A stretch of 64,000 nt of DNA from a virus. Position numbers and translations under genes: made by a program. Shown here one piece after another: positions 60,233 through 64,000 of the stretch (the first letter of the stretch is position 1; each line of letters opens with the position of its first letter). The stretch covers positions 9,231 through 73,230 of IMG/VR virus record IMGVR_UViG_3300042673_002211. One strand, given 5' to 3'. The notes beneath the pieces were generated by a model. It saw nothing but the letters and a program-made list of their open reading frames with translations. It searched no databases and was not told where the DNA came from.

Positions 60233-60778
60233 ATGTTTTATACTTTCAATCGCAAAAACCTAGAATTTAAACGATTCGGTTTTAAACAATATTCAATCGC
60301 AATATTTGTTTTATTTTTAACTTATACTGCGGGTCGTTTTATCCAAGTAAATCATCTTACTCTATACGAGAAAGAATTTATTATTTATATGGATCAAAAT
60401 TACTTTAGTCGGGATGCTTTAATTAAATCTCTTAAAAACAAACACTTAAAATTCCCACATATTGTTTTAGCTCAAGCAACATTAGAGACAGGTGGTTTTA
60501 GATCTAAAATATTTAAACAAAACTATAATTTATTTGGGATGAAACAATCTCATCGTCGTCCTACCACCTGTAAAGGTACCAAAAACGGACACGCATATTA
60601 TGATCATTGGGAATCATCAGTTGAAGATTATGGTTATTATCAGGCAACAACAGGTTTAGTTAAAGCTAGAACTGATCAACAATATTACAATATGTTATCG
60701 CAAATGGGTTATGCTGAAGATCCAAATTATATTTTAAAAGTTAAAAAATTAGCCGAGGAACTTAAAGACAAATTCTAA
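60233..60778 (+). CDS. GH73 glucosaminidase with N-terminal TM anchor
   Basis: LAQATLETG, NLFGMK, Y..W..SV.DY, GYAEDPNY..K. Confidence 0.9.
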   Translation: MFYTFNRKNLEFKRFGFKQYSIAIFVLFLTYTAGRFIQVNHLTLYEKEFIIYMDQNYFSRDALIKSLKNKHLKFPHIVLAQATLETGGFRSKIFKQNYNLFGMKQSHRRPTTCKGTKNGHAYYDHWESSVEDYGYYQATTGLVKARTDQQYYNMLSQMGYAEDPNYILKVKKLAEELKDKF

Positions 60779-60826
60779 CATATTTATAGCTGTTCAGTTA
60801 TTACTAATGTTAATTTGTTTCTTTAA

Positions 60827-60970
60827 ATGGCTAAAATTAAATCTCAAACCGTATCCTCATTTCAGGAAAAACCACAGGTATCCCGTCCAGGCGTTCATTC
60901 TAAAACTAAAACATCTAGCCTTAAAACTAGTAAACTTTATAAAAAAGCCTATAGAGGGCAAGGAAGATAA
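60827..60970 (+). CDS. 47-aa basic protein ending YRGQGR (not in track)
   Basis: Follows the late motif at 60780; TAATG-coupled to the next mini-ORF. Confidence 0.7.
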   Translation: MAKIKSQTVSSFQEKPQVSRPGVHSKTKTSSLKTSKLYKKAYRGQGR

Positions 60971-61104
60971 TGTCAAAGTCAGAGAAAAAACGAGTTATTG
61001 GTAAAAAATCAGTAAGTAAAACTACTAAAATAAAATTTGGAAAACGCCTAAAGGCTAATTACCTTGTATTAAATAAATTAACAACTGAACAAATTAAGTT
61101 ATGA
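60970..61104 (+). CDS. 44-aa basic mini-protein
   Basis: Coupled on both sides (TAATG, ATGA). Confidence 0.5.
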   Translation: MSKSEKKRVIGKKSVSKTTKIKFGKRLKANYLVLNKLTTEQIKL

Positions 61105-61238
61105 GTAAAGTATCAAGCAAAGCCCGTTATATCGCGTTTCAAGAATGGTATAAATGGGCTAGCCAACGCTATACATCTATGAAGCGTAAAAAGAAGCCTC
61201 AAACTCCTGATTACGCAAGATTGAATGAGGAACATTAG
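61101..61238 (+). CDS. 45-aa basic mini-protein
   Basis: GTTATG start; overlaps the next ORF. Confidence 0.5.
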   Translation: MSKVSSKARYIAFQEWYKWASQRYTSMKRKKKPQTPDYARLNEEH

Positions 61239-61383
61239 AGCTATCGATATTCTCTATTTATTAGAGGATGACGATCTTGCTAGTATGCGACAAGATGATC
61301 TTCGAAGGCTATGTACAGCTATCACTCTTGACTCCCAGTTAACTTTAGAGCAGAAAAAAGAACCAAAGATATTTTTGGCATAG
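61225..61383 (+). CDS. 52-aa hypothetical protein
   Basis: Fills the gap up to the next promoter. Confidence 0.45.
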   Translation: MRNIRAIDILYLLEDDDLASMRQDDLRRLCTAITLDSQLTLEQKKEPKIFLA

Positions 61384-61384
61384 A

Positions 61385-61416
61385 TTTGGATACCTGAAGG
61401 ATATTTCGTATATTCA
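61385..61416 (+). promoter_or_regulatory. Bacteroidota-type promoter
   Basis: TTTG-N20-TATATTCA. Confidence 0.7.
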
Positions 61417-61438
61417 CCCAAATAAAGGAATAAAGGTT

Positions 61439-61858
61439 ATGCTATGGCAATTTACAAATACTAACAAATACGGAAATTTACGTAGCCGTGTTGTCTATGC
61501 AGACGGTGCTTTAAAAATCGGTCAAGGATTTGGTTCGTTTCAAGGCGCAAAACGTTTTAGTTACGAATCGCGTTCACCTTATTTTGCCCTAATAGAAATT
61601 AGAGGTAAAAAGATGCTAGTACCAGACTGGCTAGAGGTCCACCCTCAAACTACCATTAGTGATATTAAACACAATGCTCCTGTTGTAGTAGAGGTACCCG
61701 TTCAACAAAACGAATGGATGTTCGAATCATCATCAGGAGGTGGTTTTTATAAGGTTAAACAAAATGGCCTCAAATTAACTTGCACTTGTCCTGGTAGCTG
61801 GAGAGCATTTGATCGTCGCTGCAAGCACATCAAGGAAATTGAAAAACTAATTGTTTAA
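61439..61858 (+). CDS. SWIM zinc-finger protein
   Basis: Y.V......CTCPG.....RCKHI. Confidence 0.85.
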   Translation: MLWQFTNTNKYGNLRSRVVYADGALKIGQGFGSFQGAKRFSYESRSPYFALIEIRGKKMLVPDWLEVHPQTTISDIKHNAPVVVEVPVQQNEWMFESSSGGGFYKVKQNGLKLTCTCPGSWRAFDRRCKHIKEIEKLIV

Positions 61859-61881
61859 TTTAAATATAGTTCGTATATTCA
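61850..61881 (+). promoter_or_regulatory. Bacteroidota-type promoter
   Basis: ATTG-N20-TATATTCA. Confidence 0.6.
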
Positions 61882-61903
61882 CGGGTAATTAAAAATAAAT
61901 GTT

Positions 61904-62317
61904 ATGACGAATTGGGGGAATATGAGGGAAGGACATGTATCTAATAACAAAAAATGCTGTAAAGTATCTTGGTGTAACGAACCTAAAGCACTTGACGCTA
62001 AAGCATTTTGTGACACACACCAACAATATAAACAGTATGCTATAAATGCCACAGTTCGCCCCTGGTTGATGTATAAAGTAGAAAAAGTATTAAGTAGAGA
62101 TCTTATTTGTGAGAAGTGTGGTATTGATAAAGTAAAACAACACCCAACTAAACTACTTAAACAAATCGTTTCTTTTTTTGATGTCGATCACATCAACCCA
62201 GAAATAAAAGGAACATATGAGGGTGAACAACCTAGTAATTACCAATTACTTTGTACGGATTGTCACAAATACAAATCACACGTAGAAGGAGATTATAAAG
62301 CAAAAAAATACCGATGA
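61904..62317 (+). CDS. HNH endonuclease
   Basis: CEKCG, DVDHI, NYQLLCTDCH..K. Confidence 0.88.
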   Translation: MTNWGNMREGHVSNNKKCCKVSWCNEPKALDAKAFCDTHQQYKQYAINATVRPWLMYKVEKVLSRDLICEKCGIDKVKQHPTKLLKQIVSFFDVDHINPEIKGTYEGEQPSNYQLLCTDCHKYKSHVEGDYKAKKYR

Positions 62318-62484
62318 GACGAGGCCCTAAACGAATAGAAATCCCAGGTAAAAAATGGAATGAAAGATTTATCCATAAAAATAAAACATGGCATGTCGTT
62401 CACAAACAAGATGAAATTACTTATGCTATTTGTGAATTAAGAAATGGTGTTGTTGGAGGTATAGTAGAAAGATTTTATATTTAA
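62314..62484 (+). CDS. Small hypothetical protein (56 aa, not in track)
   Basis: ATGA overlap with the HNH gene. Confidence 0.5.
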   Translation: MRRGPKRIEIPGKKWNERFIHKNKTWHVVHKQDEITYAICELRNGVVGGIVERFYI

Positions 62485-62487
62485 GAT

Positions 62488-62715
62488 ATGTCAAGACCGA
62501 AAGACTATGTTGGACCATTAGTTATCGTTTGGAAAACCTCCAATCGCTCAAATTCACCAATTAAAATTAAAAAAACCCCAAACTATAGTTTAGATTATTT
62601 TCTCCAAATTGAAGCAACTATTCCGGGCATTCCAAAAGATGCTATTATATTGGAGCTAGGTATTGGGAAGAATTTATTTGAAACATGGAAAACTAAATAC
62701 AAAATCAATGATTAA
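62488..62715 (+). CDS. Hypothetical protein
   Basis: ATG ORF in the early cluster. Confidence 0.55.
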   Translation: MSRPKDYVGPLVIVWKTSNRSNSPIKIKKTPNYSLDYFLQIEATIPGIPKDAIILELGIGKNLFETWKTKYKIND

Positions 62716-62872
62716 TCTAAAAGTAGGAGACAAAGTTACAAGCACTAAATACCCAGATCGTGTATTTAACCTAGCTTGGTATCAAAATGGGGATAACACA
62801 TGCGCTATTGAGGATGGACATTTAAGAGCAGTAGTAAAAGTTTCAACACTAGATTTGGTTACCCAAGAATAG
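62708..62872 (+). CDS. Small SH3/KOW-like hypothetical protein
   Basis: LKVGDKV start; ATG at 62708 preferred. Confidence 0.5.
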   Translation: MINLKVGDKVTSTKYPDRVFNLAWYQNGDNTCAIEDGHLRAVVKVSTLDLVTQE

Positions 62873-62885
62873 TTTCGTATATTCA
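62854..62885 (+). promoter_or_regulatory. Bacteroidota-type promoter
   Basis: TTTG-N20-TATATTCA. Confidence 0.7.
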
Positions 62886-62903
62886 CCACGTTAAATAAAT
62901 GTT

Positions 62904-63137
62904 ATGGCAAAGAAGGAAAAAGGAATACTAAACAGAACTTATGAAAGTGCTAAAAAAGCTATCGAAACAGGGAATCGCGATCTCGCTCGTGATTATTTTG
63001 ATTTTGGGATTATGCATGTGGCTAATAAACGCTACATGGGAGGTCTAAAAGTCGAAGATAAAATTGAAAATGTAAAAGTCGGAGTCTGGCTCGAACGTTT
63101 TTGGTACGGTCTTGAAAATAACAATTTACTCCTCTAA
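62904..63137 (+). CDS. Hypothetical protein
   Basis: GTTATG start after promoter. Confidence 0.6.
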   Translation: MAKKEKGILNRTYESAKKAIETGNRDLARDYFDFGIMHVANKRYMGGLKVEDKIENVKVGVWLERFWYGLENNNLLL

Positions 63138-63139
63138 TT

Positions 63140-63430
63140 ATGAAATTCCTAGAATTAACCGGTTTCGGTAATAATCACAAACACTTCATTTCATTGCGTT
63201 CAATCTCTGATATTGAATTTTTATCCAGCCATACTCATATTGGCCTCAGTAATGGCAATAGTGTAAATGTAATTGAAAATCAAAAACAAATCACTGATAT
63301 AATTACTTATCACCAAGGTGAAATTGTGAGTGTTGAATATTTAGATGATCTTGAAGCACAAATTACTGCTTATGAAGAAATGAATGCAGATCGTTTTGTT
63401 ACAGGTAAAGATATGGAACTACCTTTCTAA
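63140..63430 (+). CDS. Hypothetical protein, FlbD-like small domain with acidic ELPF tail
   Basis: MKFLELT...I..I...T.I.LSNG..V.V.E pattern. Confidence 0.55.
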   Translation: MKFLELTGFGNNHKHFISLRSISDIEFLSSHTHIGLSNGNSVNVIENQKQITDIITYHQGEIVSVEYLDDLEAQITAYEEMNADRFVTGKDMELPF

Positions 63431-63738
63431 TGGCAGAAAAACGAGGCGATTTAATCAAGCTAACCTATGAATTCAATTGTGGGTGGTGTTGCGAAGTTAG
63501 TTTTGATGGTGAAAGATGGGCTCGAGTTACAGCCCGTGAATTCAGAAGCTTTAATGGTAAACGTAGAATTTTAAATGTTGAAAACCCTAACAAATCATAT
63601 TATGAGGAATATAATGGCCCAATTTACTACTATGGGACTAACCAAATTAGTAAAAAACTTGAAAAAATTGGTTTATCGTTCGCAAACGACACAGACCCAA
63701 GAGATGCAAAACGACCTAAAGATTCCTTCTTCTTTTAA
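63430..63738 (+). CDS. Hypothetical protein
   Basis: TAATG-coupled. Confidence 0.55.
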   Translation: MAEKRGDLIKLTYEFNCGWCCEVSFDGERWARVTAREFRSFNGKRRILNVENPNKSYYEEYNGPIYYYGTNQISKKLEKIGLSFANDTDPRDAKRPKDSFFF

Positions 63739-63810
63739 GGTAGTTTACCCCCCAAATTACGATCCTACAAAGCGAGATTTTAATAACTGGATTGACAATA
63801 TTTATGGAAA

Positions 63811-63996
63811 GTGATTTTGAAGATTGGCCCGATGATGAAGAAGATACCCCAAAGCAGACGAGATACCGAAGAGGGACATTTAGCGAATCTGATTCGGAGG
63901 AAGATGATATCTAAAAACCACGGTGATAAAAAGAAATTTAGTAGAAATGAATTAAAGCGTGAGGACCTAAAAGGTCCTCATTATATTTCGGTATGA
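63811..63996 (+). CDS. Small basic protein (start uncertain)
   Basis: RRKMISKNHGDKKKFSR core. Confidence 0.45.
   Translation: MILKIGPMMKKIPQSRRDTEEGHLANLIRRKMISKNHGDKKKFSRNELKREDLKGPHYISV
63960..63988 (+). terminator. Hairpin, possible terminator
   Basis: TGAGGACCT-AAA-AGGTCCTCA followed by TTATATTT. Confidence 0.55.
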
Positions 63997-64000
63997 TCCT

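Noticed and set aside
60807-61004. Track ORF of 65 aa
   Set aside because: An overlapping frame (60827-60970) has a better start context and couples to the next ORF.

Overview
This is a 64-kb AT-rich segment of a large tailed dsDNA phage, with a T4-like replication set and a probably contractile tail. The host is probably a Bacteroidota, inferred from -33/-7 type promoters and A-rich starts lacking Shine-Dalgarno sequences. All credible genes are on the + strand and are mostly translationally coupled. Gene order: (1) tape-measure/baseplate/LysM/hub-lysozyme tail genes; (2) a small divergent family-A DNA polymerase; (3) two proteins sharing a duplicated 23-codon leader; (4) SSB, RecA/UvsX, 5'-3' exonuclease, DnaB helicase, NrdB/NrdA; (5) a lysis cassette preceded by a tandem-PAS membrane protein; (6) a 7-deazaguanine cluster (TGT/DpdA-fold, QueC/D/E, FolE) interleaved with HPRT and a MazG-like enzyme; (7) a family-B polymerase split in two genes, sliding clamp, Hsp20, GroES/GroEL, clamp loader; (8) a ~20-kb glycosylation and nucleotide-sugar island with the enzymes expected for a branched 3,6-dideoxysugar; (9) small early genes. 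Most promising leads: the PAS-PAS-coiled-coil-2TM sensor beside the lysis genes, the leader-plus-cargo cassette, 5'/3'-UTR pairing around hsp20, the split PolB, the HPRT-linked deazaguanine pathway and the branched-sugar pathway. All protein calls come from motif recognition by eye; no database searches were run.
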